Program-made: the position numbers and the translations under genes
Part shown: in pieces, positions 12,201 through 22,034 of the stretch
Layout of the letters: each line of letters starts with the position of its first letter
Position numbering within the stretch: the first letter of the stretch is position 1
Assembly: GCA_963692865.2 (NCBI GenBank)
Contig: OY843592.1
Span: forward strand, 1,920,001 to 1,984,000
Direction: 5' to 3'
Origin: a bacterium
GTDB lineage: Bacteria; UBA8248
Length of the DNA stretch: 64,000 bases
The notes under the pieces: model-generated
Seen by the model: only the letters and a program-made list of their open reading frames with translations
What the model was told of the DNA's origin: nothing
Databases searched by the model: none

Positions 12201-12665
12201 TCCTCCAGGCTGCGCACCACGCGCTCGGGTCGGCGGATGGCGAACTTCGTCCTGGAGGATCAGGTCGGCACGGCGGAGATGACGCTGTTTCCCGACGTGT
12301 TCGAGGAATGCCATGAAATCCTCGAGAGCGAGGAGCCCGTTCTCGTCGAAGGCGTGGCCGAGGTGTCCGACGACGGGGTGCAGGTGGTGGTGCGCGCCAT
12401 CGAGCCTTTGTCCGGCGTGGAGGTGAAACGCGCGAGCAGGGTGCTGGTCGATCTGGAGCCCGGGTGCCGCACGCCGAACCGCCTGCAATCCATCCGCGAC
12501 GTGCTGGCCCGGCATCCGGGCAACTGCGCCGTGCTCTTCACGCTCAGGTTCCCCGAACAGGAGGTGCGCATCGAGGCGGGCGGGGAATTCGTGGTGGCGC
12601 CGACGGCGGAACTGACCGGGGAACTGGGTGATCTGGTGGGCGCGGGAGCCGTTCGTTTTGAGTAA
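9234..12665 (+). CDS. dnaE: DNA polymerase III alpha subunit
   Basis: HLHLHSQYSLLDG PHP domain, GPGRGSAAGS, PPDVDIDF, YGFNKSHS. Confidence 0.98.
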   Translation: MPSPFVHLHLHSQYSLLDGTTRIGDLVQRAAELGQPAVALTDHGNMFGAVKFYEAARRAGVKPIIGCEVYVAPGSRLDKGATNGGGRAYHMLLLAQNQTGYNNLCELVTRGFTEGMYYFPRIDRELLAGHAEGLICTSACLRGEVNDHLLHGREEAAREAAGFYKDLFPGRYYLELQDHGMEEDKRVIPRVIALSKEMGLPLVATNDVHYLDKGDHGAQEVLICIQTGKTLNDPNRMKIKSEEFYLKSAEEMEALFGEVPEALANTLAIAERCDFEFTFGAAHYPDFETPDGADKKEYLRRTAEEGLARRLSQFGIEGAEAERYRERLDMELEVINSQNYEGYFLIVSDFIRYAKEQGIPVGPGRGSAAGSLAAYALGITGIDPLRYSLLFERFLNPERISPPDVDIDFCMDRRDEVIRYVQEKYGRENVCQIITFGSMLAKGVLRDVGRVMDMPYGEVDRIAKLVPNELKITLDDAMKKEPRLRDTVARDPKVGELMGTARKLEGNIRHAGTHAAGVVIAPSKLTDFVPLYKASGGEMMTQFDMKDIEEIGLLKMDFLGLKTLTVLERAVNLVRDGGGELDLETLTLDDAATYRLLAEGKTTGIFQLESRGIREYLRKLVPTTFEDLIAMVALYRPGPLESGMVDAFINRKHGREEIDYFFDELQTILEGTYGVMVYQEQVMQISNALAGFSLARADVLRKAMGKKSQKLMAEQQADFVDGAAARGHDRRKVQSLWDQIDKFAGYGFNKSHSAAYALIAYRTAYMKTHHPREFMSALLTCDRENADKVIKDIAECRSMQIAVLPPDVNASQKDFTVEREAIRFGLAAVKNVGEGLVDAVLAGRNEEGPFRDLGDFCRRVEHRHLNRRALESLIKAAAFDSLGVGRAQATASLDIVLEAAVREQKSAAVGQGSLFGGDEAARNALHLPEVAEWEDGMRLASEREVLGFYVSGHPLDDHKEIVERFANIDTLRLADVTSARKLMMAGLIRSSRLRTTRSGRRMANFVLEDQVGTAEMTLFPDVFEECHEILESEEPVLVEGVAEVSDDGVQVVVRAIEPLSGVEVKRASRVLVDLEPGCRTPNRLQSIRDVLARHPGNCAVLFTLRFPEQEVRIEAGGEFVVAPTAELTGELGDLVGAGAVRFE

Positions 12666-13359
12666 ACCATCCATCAGGGCCGCCTTCCTGGGGCGGGTGG
12701 CGTTCGGCGAGGCCTGGGACCTGCAAAAGCGCCTGTGGACGGAGCGCGCCGAGGGCGGCCTGAAGCAGGACGTTTTTCTCTTTCTGGAGCACGACCCGGT
12801 CATGACGCTGGGCAGGGGGGGGAGCGAGGCGAACGTGCTTCTGAGGCGCTCGCCCGTCGATGGCGCTGAGGTTCCCCTCGTGCGGATCAACCGGGGCGGG
12901 GAGGTGACCTTTCACGGTCCGGGCCAGTTGATGCTCTACGCCATATGCGACCTCCGCGAGCGGGAGCGCGACGTGCACCTTCACTGCAGGCGGCTGGAGG
13001 AGGTCTTTCGGCGCTATCTGGAGAAGAGGGGGTTTCGCGCCGAGAGAAAGCCGGGAAATCCGGGCCTCTGGGTGGGCGGTGAGAAAATTCTCGCCCTGGG
13101 CGTGGGCGCGAGGCGCTGGGTGACGATGCACGGGGTTTCGTTCAACGCATCGCCCGATCTTCGATATTTCGAGATGATGCACCCCTGCGGCGAGGTGGGC
13201 GGACGCACGACTTCCCTCGAAAAGCTCCTGGGGGATTCACCGCCGCTGCCGGAACTCGCACAGGATTTGATGCCCATCTGCGCGGACGTGTTCGATGCGC
13301 GCGTCGTGATGGAAGCCGACCCGGCGCGGGTCGCAGGAGCTCTCCCCGGTGTTTCATGA
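12658..13359 (+). CDS. lipB: Lipoyl(octanoyl) transferase
   Basis: LEHDPVMTLG, RGGEVTFHGPGQL, KILALG, TMHG, PCG; probable TTG start overlapping the dnaE stop. Confidence 0.92.
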   Translation: MSKPSIRAAFLGRVAFGEAWDLQKRLWTERAEGGLKQDVFLFLEHDPVMTLGRGGSEANVLLRRSPVDGAEVPLVRINRGGEVTFHGPGQLMLYAICDLRERERDVHLHCRRLEEVFRRYLEKRGFRAERKPGNPGLWVGGEKILALGVGARRWVTMHGVSFNASPDLRYFEMMHPCGEVGGRTTSLEKLLGDSPPLPELAQDLMPICADVFDARVVMEADPARVAGALPGVS

Positions 13360-14173
13360 ACTGAAAAATTCAACAAGCGGGAAGTGGGCCTTCGCGGTGA
13401 GTCTGGCGGGCGTCTTGGCGCTGCTCGCCGCGGCGCAGGCTTCCGCGGCCATGAGTTTCGCCGAATGGGGCTTTACGGCCAGGGCTTGGGAACTCCTGAA
13501 GAAGGGGGGGTACACGATGATCCCCCTGGGGCTGTGCTCGGTCGTCGCGCTCATGGTGACGCTCGAACGCCTCGTTTCTCTCCGGCGAAAGAAAGTCCTG
13601 CCTGACGCCTTGGTGAGTGCTTCCGAGAGATATTGGAGGAGCGGTGATTTCGAGGCGGCCGCCGGTATCTGCGAGCGGTTCGACTCGCCGCTCGCCCGCG
13701 TTTTGCAGGCGGGTCTGGCGAGGCGGAGGCTGGGGCTTGGCGAGATGGAGCGCGCCATGGTCGGCGCGGGCCGGCACGAATCGAGCGTCTTGTCGCGCAA
13801 CCTGCGCGGTTTGGGCGTCATCGCGAACCTGGCGCCGATGCTGGGCCTGTTCGGCACCGTCGTGGGGATGATTCGCGCCTTCGACGTCATCAGCCGCGCC
13901 GGGACGGGGAACCCGAACCTCGTGGCCGAGGGGATATCCGAAGCGCTTCTGACGACGGCGGCGGGCCTTTTGATAGGCATTCCCGCCCTCGCGGCGTATC
14001 ATTTTTTCCGTTCGCGCAGCGGCCGCCTCCTGTTCGAGATGGAATCGGTGGCTCTGGCTCTGCTGCAGAACCTTGCGGCGCAATCCGGTGAACCCGGCGA
14101 AAACACCGATGATGCGCTCCACGACGAGGCGCATGGCTTGGAGAGCCTGAGTCCGCGGCGCGAGGATATGTGA
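13349..14173 (+). CDS. MotA/TolQ/ExbB proton channel protein
   Basis: APMLGLFGTVVGMI, GISEALLTTAAGL; start codon uncertain. Confidence 0.9.
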   Translation: MFHELKNSTSGKWAFAVSLAGVLALLAAAQASAAMSFAEWGFTARAWELLKKGGYTMIPLGLCSVVALMVTLERLVSLRRKKVLPDALVSASERYWRSGDFEAAAGICERFDSPLARVLQAGLARRRLGLGEMERAMVGAGRHESSVLSRNLRGLGVIANLAPMLGLFGTVVGMIRAFDVISRAGTGNPNLVAEGISEALLTTAAGLLIGIPALAAYHFFRSRSGRLLFEMESVALALLQNLAAQSGEPGENTDDALHDEAHGLESLSPRREDM

Positions 14174-14575
14174 ATGCGCTTTCAGGGCGATTCGGAAGAG
14201 GATTACAGCCTCCAGCTCACCTCGCTCATAGACGTCGTCTTCTTGCTCCTCATTTTTTTCATGGTTTCGACATCTTTCGTGGATTTCACCCGCAGGCTCG
14301 ACATCGAACTGCCCGAGGCGAAGTCGAGCGCCGAAATTGTGGAGAAAAAATCGTTTCTCATCGAAGTCGGCGCGGAGAAGCGAATCTCCCTGAACGGAAA
14401 GACGGTGCCGCTCGATGATTTGGAAAGCGAGTTGAAGGCGGGGGTCGAGAGCGGGAAGTTCAAACCCACCCTCACGATCAAGGCGGACAAGCGCCTCGAC
14501 TACGGCTACGTGATCAAGGTGATGGGTCTCATCTCCCAAGCGGGCGTTCGGGACATCTCGCTGGCCACGAAATAG
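14174..14575 (+). CDS. ExbD/TolR biopolymer transporter
   Basis: LTSLIDVVFLLLIFFMV, IKADK...YG..IKVM. Confidence 0.92.
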   Translation: MRFQGDSEEDYSLQLTSLIDVVFLLLIFFMVSTSFVDFTRRLDIELPEAKSSAEIVEKKSFLIEVGAEKRISLNGKTVPLDDLESELKAGVESGKFKPTLTIKADKRLDYGYVIKVMGLISQAGVRDISLATK

Positions 14576-14680
14576 CGCTGAAACGGGTTTCAAGCGGTCA
14601 AGCGGGGCGTGAAACATCCGGCCTGTTTTTCATGTTGGAGAAAAAGCGTGAACTCAAGGCGGGCCGATTCCACGGTTTCC

Positions 14681-15310
14681 ATGCCGCGCAAGGCCGAAAC
14701 CACGACGCGCGTTTTTCTGCTCAGGCACGGCGCGGCCGAGGGCTCGAAAGAGGGGTTTTTCTACGGCAGCACCGATGCGCCGCTCCTCGCCGAGGGCGAG
14801 GCGCAGGTTCGTGAAGCGGCGGCGCGCGTCCGGGGCTGGCTCATGGAGAGCGAAACCGCCCTTTACGCCAGCTCGCTCACCCGCTCCGTGAAGACGGCGG
14901 AAATTCTGTCCGACATGATGGGGTTGGGACTAAAACCCATCATCGTTCCCGATATTTCAGAACTTCACCTGGGCGATTGGGAGGGTGAAACGCACGCCAC
15001 TCTCGAGGAAAAAGACCCCGAGCGCCTGGACGCGCATTACGAGAATTTCGTGCACTCCAAACCGCCAGGCGGCGGGGAATCCGTGGCCGAACTCGCCGCG
15101 CGCGTCTTGCCCGCGTATCAAGGCATCTGCGAGAGGGAGAAGAACAAGAACGTCATCGTCTGCGCCCATGCGGCGGTGAACCGGGTGATTCTGTGCGACG
15201 CGCTGGGCGCCCCGCTAGAGAGCTTTTTCCGGCTGGAGCAGGATTTTGCGGCTTTGAACGTAATCGACCTGGACGAAGACACGCCCCTCGTCCGCGCGAT
15301 GAACATTTGA
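14681..15310 (+). CDS. Histidine phosphatase family protein (CobC-like)
   Basis: LLRHG, GDWEG, GGES, HAAVNR. Confidence 0.85.
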   Translation: MPRKAETTTRVFLLRHGAAEGSKEGFFYGSTDAPLLAEGEAQVREAAARVRGWLMESETALYASSLTRSVKTAEILSDMMGLGLKPIIVPDISELHLGDWEGETHATLEEKDPERLDAHYENFVHSKPPGGGESVAELAARVLPAYQGICEREKNKNVIVCAHAAVNRVILCDALGAPLESFFRLEQDFAALNVIDLDEDTPLVRAMNI

Positions 15311-15374
15311 CGCGCCGCACGCCTTGGGTGCAGGCATTGCATGGCACAACCCCAACGACGCTTACCGCGAAAAA

Positions 15375-15800
15375 TCACTCGGGATTTTCTTTTCCCGCCG
15401 CTTCGGCCATGGCCGATAGGATGTCCGTCTGAGAGAAATCATTGCCCTTGAACAAGAGCGGGGCATCCAGATACTTGGCCAAGGCGTAGGAAAAGCAGTC
15501 GCCATAGTTCAGGGCGCCGCCGTGGCCTGTTCCCTTCCCGAAGCGCCTGTAAGCGTCGAAGGCAATATCGGCGATTCGAGGCGATACTTCCATGACGGTC
15601 GTGCCGCTCTTCTGGAAATAAGCGTCCAACGCCAAGATTGCGCTGTCATCGAAACGGGCGAACAAAATCATGCGGGTTTCAAGCAGATTGGCGGCGCTGA
15701 TGCAGGTGACCGCAGCTTTTTCAATCAGTTCATTGAAGGCGCGTCTTTCGGGTTCATCGCCCATAATGGCGATGAGCGCAGATGTGTCGATGACAATCAC
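15375..15800 (-). CDS. vapC: VapC toxin (PIN-domain ribonuclease)
   Basis: VIDTSALIAI, LNYGDCFSYALA, LLFKGNDF. Confidence 0.93.
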   Translation of the reverse strand: MIVIDTSALIAIMGDEPERRAFNELIEKAAVTCISAANLLETRMILFARFDDSAILALDAYFQKSGTTVMEVSPRIADIAFDAYRRFGKGTGHGGALNYGDCFSYALAKYLDAPLLFKGNDFSQTDILSAMAEAAGKENPE

Positions 15801-16054
15801 GCGGGCAAGCCGCTTTCGTCATACCCGATAATATCATCACCGCTTCGCTCATCTCGCCTCGGGAGCTTGGCGCAATAGAGGGCGATGCGGTCCAGTTCAT
15901 CGGCAAGCGGAGTCCCGCCCTGCATTTTCTCCACTTGGGCCAGCTTCTCCTGTATGGCGCGCTTTACAGCCTTGGCCATGGATTCCCCTGTGAGACTCGC
16001 GAGCCTTTTCGCCAGCGCGTGGGTGTCGTCGTCTTTGATATTGAGTGGCATCAT
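15797..16054 (-). CDS. vapB: VapB antitoxin (Rv0623-like)
   Basis: LNIKD...LAKRLA..TGES...AV; C-terminal GYDESGLP; 4-nt overlap with vapC. Confidence 0.9.
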   Translation of the reverse strand: MMPLNIKDDDTHALAKRLASLTGESMAKAVKRAIQEKLAQVEKMQGGTPLADELDRIALYCAKLPRRDERSGDDIIGYDESGLPA

Positions 16055-16056
16055 TT

Positions 16057-16100
16057 ATTCCTCCATCAGATAATTATAGGAGGAATGGAGGAAAAGTCAA
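16057..16100 (-). promoter_or_regulatory. vapBC promoter with overlapping inverted-repeat operator
   Basis: Minus strand TTGACT(16100-16095)-16 bp-TATAAT(16078-16073); IR ATTCCTCC 16057-16064 / GGAGGAAT 16079-16086. Confidence 0.7.
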
Positions 16101-16160
16101 TCCTGCTTCAAAATTCATATGAAAGCCCAAATCATCTCACCGCAGGAAGCTCCCGAATCC

Positions 16161-17129
16161 TTACTTCCCCCTGAAGGCCTTGATGATCGCGGCGCCATCC
16201 TCGCCTGCGGCCCTGATCCATTCGGCGGACATGGTTTCGCCGATTCTGGCGAGATCGGCGGCGAGGCGCTTCCCCGGCCGCTGCACGCTCATGCCGTTGG
16301 CGGCGAGTTGTTCGAGATAAAAGCCGGTCAACTCGCGCGCCCGCGCGGTTCCCGCCGCTTCGGCCGGCAGCGCCGCCGAGCGCAGGCAGTTTCGGGCATG
16401 GGCGTCGAGCGCCTCGAAGGCGCGCTTGTTCGCGAACACGTAGTTGCGCGGCAACCAGGCGCGCAGATCGTAGAAATGGCTCACGTGTCTCCAGAGTTTG
16501 AGCTCATAGGCGGCAGCGCTCGAGGAGGCGAAGGCCTCCACCGCGCCGCTCGCAAGCGCCGGTTTGAGCTCGGCGAATTCGATGTGGACTGAAGGCATTC
16601 CGACGAGCTGCGCCAACCGCGCCGTGGCGGCGTTGTAGGCGCGGAACTTGATTCCCCGCATGTCGGCGACGCCGCCTATCGCGCGTTTGAAATACATCCC
16701 CTGCGGCGGCCAGGGGACGGAGTAGAGCAGCACGAGGTTCTGCGCGGCGAGAATCTTCGCCAGCCGGCTTCTGGCCGACCGCCAGAGTCTATCGGACGCC
16801 TCGAAGGACGTGGCCAGCAGCGGCACGGAATCGAACCCGAAGACGGCGTTTTCGGTCTCGTGCGCGCTCAGCAGCCGCTCGCCGATGGGCGCCTTCCCGC
16901 TTTGTACGGCGCGCTTGATCTCCCCGCCCTTGATGAGAGAACCGCCCCCATGCACCACGATGTCGAGCTTCCCCCCGGTGCATACGCCCACCGCCTCGGC
17001 GAAGAGTTTTGCGTTTTGCGTTTGATAGCTGGCGTCTCCATACGCCGTCGGCATGTTCCATTTCTCCGCCGCATGGGCCGCGCCCGCCCAAAGGAGCAGG
17101 CCCGCGGCCAGTCCCGTCAGCCATTTCAT
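16161..17129 (-). CDS. TRAP transporter substrate-binding protein (DctP family)
   Basis: Signal peptide, WNMPTAY, EIKRAVQSG, VPWPPQG, GIKFRAY; no dctQM adjacent. Confidence 0.88.
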   Translation of the reverse strand: MKWLTGLAAGLLLWAGAAHAAEKWNMPTAYGDASYQTQNAKLFAEAVGVCTGGKLDIVVHGGGSLIKGGEIKRAVQSGKAPIGERLLSAHETENAVFGFDSVPLLATSFEASDRLWRSARSRLAKILAAQNLVLLYSVPWPPQGMYFKRAIGGVADMRGIKFRAYNAATARLAQLVGMPSVHIEFAELKPALASGAVEAFASSSAAAYELKLWRHVSHFYDLRAWLPRNYVFANKRAFEALDAHARNCLRSAALPAEAAGTARARELTGFYLEQLAANGMSVQRPGKRLAADLARIGETMSAEWIRAAGEDGAAIIKAFRGK

Positions 17130-17258
17130 GCTCGAATCCCCCGTGGTGTGGATACAGTGATAATCGTCGTTTTTATCGAGATGTGCGCTCATATTTTTCG
17201 TTATTCTATACTACAATCCTTATCCGAGGACCCTCATATCTTCCCTTTGGAGGGTCCC

Positions 17259-18557
17259 GTGCAACTCATCGAGAAAATCAGAAAAAAACAGGCAATCGTA
17301 TGCGTGATGGGTTTGGGGCACGTCGGACTCCCGCTCACGCTCGAATTCGTGCGCGCGGGCTACCGGGTCGCCGGTCTGGACACGGACCCCCGCCGCGTTC
17401 GCGGCCTGCGAGTGGCGAAGAGCCACATTCTGGATGTCTCCTCTCAAAATCTGGCTGACGCGTTGGGGACGAACCGGCTGGCGTTCACCTGCGATCATCG
17501 AGCGCTTGCGGAGGCCGACGCGATCAGCATTTGCGTCCCCACGCCGTTGGACAAGGCCGGCGACCCGGATTTGTCATTCGTTCAATCCGCGTTCGAGAGC
17601 ATCCGGCGGCACGGGCGGCGAGGGCAACTCTACGTGCTCGAGAGCACCACCTATCCGGGAACGACCGAGGAAATCGTTCTGCCCTTCTTGTCGGAAAAGG
17701 GCTGGGAGGCAGGCAAGGATTTCTACCTCGCTTTCTCGCCCGGGCGCGTCGATCCCGGAAACGAGCGCTACGCCACGAGGCGCATACCAAAAATCGTGGG
17801 CGGCATGACGCGGGAGTGCGCCGATTTCGCCTGCGCCTTGTATGAGTGCGCCGTCGAGCAAGTCGTGCGGGTCGCCTCGCCCAGGGTCGCGGAGATGGCG
17901 AAAATGCTCGAAAACACCTTTCGCAGCGTCAACATCGCCCTGGTGAACGAGGTGGCGAAGATATGCCGTGTCCTCGACCTGGACGTCTGGGAGGTGATCG
18001 AGGCGGCGAAGACGAAGCCTTTCGGCTTCATGCCTTTCTACCCCGGGCCGGGCCTGGGAGGGCATTGCCTTCCCGTGGACCCCGTTTACCTGTCATGGAA
18101 GGCGCGCCAGGCGGGATTCGAGGCGAAGTTCATCGAACTGGCGGATGAGGTGAACAAATCGATGCCTCATTTCGTCGTGGAACTCACGGCCAGGGCTCTG
18201 AGCGAGACGGGCAAGACGATCAAAGGCGCGAGGATTCTGCTGGCGGGGGTGACGTATAAGGCGGACGTGTCCGATATCCGGGATAGTCCCGCGCTGGACG
18301 TCTGGCTCGGTCTGGAGCGTTTGGGAGCGGGCGTCTTTTATTCAGACCCCAATGTGCCGGACATCGACGCTCCTCCGATAAGAGCGCATTCGCGGCCCGT
18401 CAGCGCCGATTCGCTGCGTGAATACGATTGCGTGGTCGTGCTCGCGAACCACAAATCGCTGGACAGAGAGAGCATCCACGCCCATGCGAACTGCATCGTG
18501 GATACGCGCAACGCCTTCGCGGATTTCGGGCCTAACGAGCGTTTGTTCAAACTTTAG
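17259..18557 (+). CDS. Nucleotide-sugar (UDP-GlcNAc-type) dehydrogenase
   Basis: GLGHVGLP, ICVPTP, LESTTYPGTT, KMLENTFR, GLGGHCLPVDP; GTG start after GGAGG. Confidence 0.92.
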   Translation: MQLIEKIRKKQAIVCVMGLGHVGLPLTLEFVRAGYRVAGLDTDPRRVRGLRVAKSHILDVSSQNLADALGTNRLAFTCDHRALAEADAISICVPTPLDKAGDPDLSFVQSAFESIRRHGRRGQLYVLESTTYPGTTEEIVLPFLSEKGWEAGKDFYLAFSPGRVDPGNERYATRRIPKIVGGMTRECADFACALYECAVEQVVRVASPRVAEMAKMLENTFRSVNIALVNEVAKICRVLDLDVWEVIEAAKTKPFGFMPFYPGPGLGGHCLPVDPVYLSWKARQAGFEAKFIELADEVNKSMPHFVVELTARALSETGKTIKGARILLAGVTYKADVSDIRDSPALDVWLGLERLGAGVFYSDPNVPDIDAPPIRAHSRPVSADSLREYDCVVVLANHKSLDRESIHAHANCIVDTRNAFADFGPNERLFKL

Positions 18558-18758
18558 GGCGCTCTCTTTGTGGCGAGGAATTTGCGTTGATGCGGTGTGT
18601 CGCCTTAAGAATATAAAAAACAATGAGGTGTGTGGTTTTCTGTCTTCCGCGAAAATTCCACCCGAGGTGGTTGACATCGTCCGTCCATCTGGGGTTTATA
18701 TACACCTTCGTCTTCTCCAGAGAAGATTCTTTGTAGGCCGAACGAGAGAAAAGAACCG

Positions 18759-19208
18759 ATGAGAATGTACAGCAAGACAGTCAGCCTCACGAAAGAGCAG
18801 GCCAACGCCCGGCGCGGCTGGGTGCTGGTGGATGCGAAGGATCAGACCTTGGGGCGTCTTTGCACGCGCGTGGCGACGCTCCTGCGCGGAAAGCACAAAC
18901 CCGACTGGACGCCGCACGTCGACAACGGCGAATACGTCGTCGTCATCAATGCGGAGCGCATCGTGCTCACGGGCCGCAAACTTTCGGATAAAAAGTATTA
19001 CCGCCACTCCGGCTACCCGGGGCATCTCAAGGAAGTGAACGCGGGGCGCATGCTGGAAACGCATCCCGAGCGCGTGATAGAGCACGCCGTGCGGGGCATG
19101 TTGCCCAAGAACAAGCTGGGGCGTTCCTTATTGCAAAAGCTCAAGGTATATGCGGGCGACAAACATCCGCATGAAGCGCAACAACCCGAAGCGATTCGGC
19201 TGGACTGA
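18759..19208 (+). CDS. rplM: 50S ribosomal protein L13
   Basis: [33 protein letters not shown]. Confidence 0.98.
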   Translation: MRMYSKTVSLTKEQANARRGWVLVDAKDQTLGRLCTRVATLLRGKHKPDWTPHVDNGEYVVVINAERIVLTGRKLSDKKYYRHSGYPGHLKEVNAGRMLETHPERVIEHAVRGMLPKNKLGRSLLQKLKVYAGDKHPHEAQQPEAIRLD

Positions 19209-19233
19209 ACTCCGAGAGGTTTTTGAAATCGAC

Positions 19234-19629
19234 ATGGCCACGATACCGAAACACTACGCCACGGGAAAACGCAAGACGGCCGTCGCGCGCGTCTGGATAG
19301 AGCCGGGCGACGGCAGGATTCTGGTGAACAACACGCCGGCGGACGAATATTTTCTCCGCGACACTTCGCTCATGGTGATAAAGCAGCCCTTCGAGTTGAC
19401 CGAGACCTGGGGCAGCTACGACGTGCGCGCCACCGTGAAGGGCGGGGGGCTCACCGGTCAGGCGGGCGCCGTTCGCCACGGCATTTCAAAGGCCTTGTTG
19501 AGCGTGGATCCCGCATTTCGGACGATCCTCAAGAAAGCGGGCCTCATCACGCGCGATTCCCGTGTGAAAGAGCGTAAAAAATATGGTTTGAAAGGCGCGC
19601 GCAAGAGCTTCCAGTTCTCCAAGCGCTAA
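19234..19629 (+). CDS. rpsI: 30S ribosomal protein S9
   Basis: [31 protein letters not shown]. Confidence 0.98.
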   Translation: MATIPKHYATGKRKTAVARVWIEPGDGRILVNNTPADEYFLRDTSLMVIKQPFELTETWGSYDVRATVKGGGLTGQAGAVRHGISKALLSVDPAFRTILKKAGLITRDSRVKERKKYGLKGARKSFQFSKR

Positions 19630-19649
19630 CCACTGCGGTGGTCGATTCG

Positions 19650-19677
19650 GGGGCTGGCTTTGCCGGCCCCTTTTTTT
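19650..19677 (+). terminator. Intrinsic terminator after rpsI
   Basis: GGGGCTGGC-TTT-GCCGGCCCC followed by T7. Confidence 0.85.
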
Positions 19678-19758
19678 GTGCGAAAAAACGGATTGTGGCG
19701 AATGTCCGCTCCGATGAGGGTGTGATGCGAATCGCCGAGGATTCTGGAGGATAAGGAG

Positions 19759-20796
19759 ATGCCGAAAATCGCCGTGGTGGGCGCCACGGGATACACGGGT
19801 TTTGAGTTGTTGAGGCTCCTCGGGTCCCACGGGGGTGTGGAAGTGATGGCCCTTACTTCCGAGACCTATGCCGGCAAGAAGGTGGACGAGGTGTTTCCGG
19901 CCTTGGCTTCCGTTCACGGCGGCGAGCTCGTGAAGTTCGAACCCGCCGTTTGCGAGGGAGCCGACGCCGTATTCTGCTGCCTGCCGCACAGGGTGGCGAT
20001 GAACACGGTGCCTACCTTGCTGGATGCCGGTCACCGCGTGGTGGATTTTTCGGCCGACTACCGCCTGCGGGATTTTGGCGTATATGAGGCCTGGTACAAG
20101 ACGGAGCACACCTCGCCGGAAAGAATAGCGGACGCGGTCTACGGGGTGCCCGAGCTATACCGCGAGGAGATAAAAAAAGCGCGCCTCGTCGCGAACCCGG
20201 GTTGCTACCCCACGGGGGCGATTCTGGCTCTGGCCCCGCTTTTAAGGGCCGGGCTGATCAAGCCGGACTCCATCATCGTGGATGCGAAATCGGGCGTTTC
20301 AGGTGCTGGCAGAAAGGCGGACTTGAGCATTCAGTTCAGCGAGGTGAACGAGGGCTTCAAGGCCTATGGCGTGGGGACACATCGCCATACGCCCGAAATC
20401 GAGCAGGAGCTTTCAGTCGCCTTGGGCGAGGCCGTGCGGGTTTCCTTTACCCCGCATCTGGCGCCCATGACCCGGGGCATTCTCTCGACCATCTACGCCG
20501 AGGGGGAGGGCGCCGCCGACGCCTCGGCGGTTCGGGCGGCGTTGCGCGACGCTTATGCGGATGAGCCTTTCATCCGCCTGATGCCGGAGGGGGCGTTTCC
20601 CAACGTGACGCAGGTGGCCGGCTCGAACTACGTGGACATCGGTCTGACGCACGATGCCCGGACCTCGCGCTTCATCATCGTCGCGGCGATAGACAATCTG
20701 GTGAAAGGCGCGTCGGGAGCGGCGGTGCAGAACATGAACCTGATGCTGGGGCTTCCCGAGACGCAAGGTCTCCTCCACCCGGGGTTTTGGATGTAA
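19759..20796 (+). CDS. argC: N-acetyl-gamma-glutamyl-phosphate reductase
   Basis: GATGYTG, ANPGCYPT, SGVSGAG, HRHTPEI, DNLVKGASG. Confidence 0.97.
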   Translation: MPKIAVVGATGYTGFELLRLLGSHGGVEVMALTSETYAGKKVDEVFPALASVHGGELVKFEPAVCEGADAVFCCLPHRVAMNTVPTLLDAGHRVVDFSADYRLRDFGVYEAWYKTEHTSPERIADAVYGVPELYREEIKKARLVANPGCYPTGAILALAPLLRAGLIKPDSIIVDAKSGVSGAGRKADLSIQFSEVNEGFKAYGVGTHRHTPEIEQELSVALGEAVRVSFTPHLAPMTRGILSTIYAEGEGAADASAVRAALRDAYADEPFIRLMPEGAFPNVTQVAGSNYVDIGLTHDARTSRFIIVAAIDNLVKGASGAAVQNMNLMLGLPETQGLLHPGFWM

Positions 20797-20819
20797 GCGA
20801 AAAAGAAGGGGTTTTGGAC

Positions 20820-22034
20820 GTGAACGACCAAGAATTCATACAGGCGATTGAGGGTGGTGTTTGCGCGGCAGAGGGTGTCCGCGCCGCTTCGGTGACGGCG
20901 GGCATCAAGCCCTCGGGCAAGCCGGATATGGTGCTGCTCGCCTTTGACCCCCCGGCCGCGGCTGCGGGCGTATACACCCGGAACAAGATGTGCGCCGCTC
21001 CCGTCACCCTGTGCAGGGAGCGGGTCGGCAAATCACCCTTGCGGGCGTTCCTCGTCAACAGCGGAAACGCGAACGCCTGTACGGGCGAGCGGGGCTATCA
21101 GGACGCCGTGCGCCTTTGCGGCGAAGTCGCGGATGCGCTCGATTGCCCGGAAGCGCAGGTCGCCATGTCTTCCACCGGGCTCATCGGCGCTCCGCTCCCG
21201 ATGGATATCATGGAGGCCCAAATCGCCAATCTGGTATCCGGTCTTTCCTCGGAGGGCGGCCACGAGGCTGCTGTGGGCATCATGACGACCGACACGCGGC
21301 CCAAGGAGTACGCCGTTCAGGTGAAAGAACCAGAGGGCGTTTACCGCATCGGCGGCATCACCAAGGGAGCCGGCATGATCGCCCCCGACATGGCGACCAT
21401 GCTCGCATACGTCGCCACCGACGCCTTGGTTGCGCAAGCCGATCTTCAGGCTATTCTGCGGGCCGTGGTGCGGAAAACGTTCAACTGCGTGACGATTGAC
21501 GGCGACACGTCGACGAACGACACGGTGATTCTCGCCGCCACGGGCGCTTCCGGCGTGGCCCTCGAATCGGCGGAAGCCCTGGAGCGGTTCGAGTCGGGGC
21601 TTTACCGGGTTTGCAAGGAACTGGCCCTGTCCATCGTTCGCGATGGGGAGGGGGTGAACAAGGTGGTGGAGGTGAAGATTACCGGCGCGGCCAGCGAGGA
21701 GCAGGCGCACCTGGCCGCGAAGTCGGTTTCCGAGAGCCTGCTGGTGAAGACGGCCATTCATGGTGAGATGCCCAACTGGGGCCGGATGTTCGCGGCGGCC
21801 GGTTACAGCGGCGCGGACGTGGCGCCCGAGAAGATGTCGCTCAAAATCGAGGGGGTGCAGGTGATGCGCGACGGCGCGCCCGTCCCGGGCTGGTCCGAAG
21901 CCCTGGCGCCCTTGCTCAAACGGCCCGAGTACGGCCTCGAACTGGGTCTGGGAGCCGGTGATGCGGAGGCCGTATTCTGGACGACGGATTTGAGCGCGGA
22001 ATACGTGCGGTTCAACGCCGATTACAAGACGTGA
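20820..22034 (+). CDS. argJ: Bifunctional ornithine acetyltransferase
   Basis: NSGNANACTG, IMTTDT, KGAGMIAPDMATML, DGDTSTNDT, NADYKT. Confidence 0.97.
   Translation: MNDQEFIQAIEGGVCAAEGVRAASVTAGIKPSGKPDMVLLAFDPPAAAAGVYTRNKMCAAPVTLCRERVGKSPLRAFLVNSGNANACTGERGYQDAVRLCGEVADALDCPEAQVAMSSTGLIGAPLPMDIMEAQIANLVSGLSSEGGHEAAVGIMTTDTRPKEYAVQVKEPEGVYRIGGITKGAGMIAPDMATMLAYVATDALVAQADLQAILRAVVRKTFNCVTIDGDTSTNDTVILAATGASGVALESAEALERFESGLYRVCKELALSIVRDGEGVNKVVEVKITGAASEEQAHLAAKSVSESLLVKTAIHGEMPNWGRMFAAAGYSGADVAPEKMSLKIEGVQVMRDGAPVPGWSEALAPLLKRPEYGLELGLGAGDAEAVFWTTDLSAEYVRFNADYKT

Noticed and set aside
9234-12665. Intein in DnaE or RecA
   Set aside because: Lengths are typical and no insertion or splice motifs were seen
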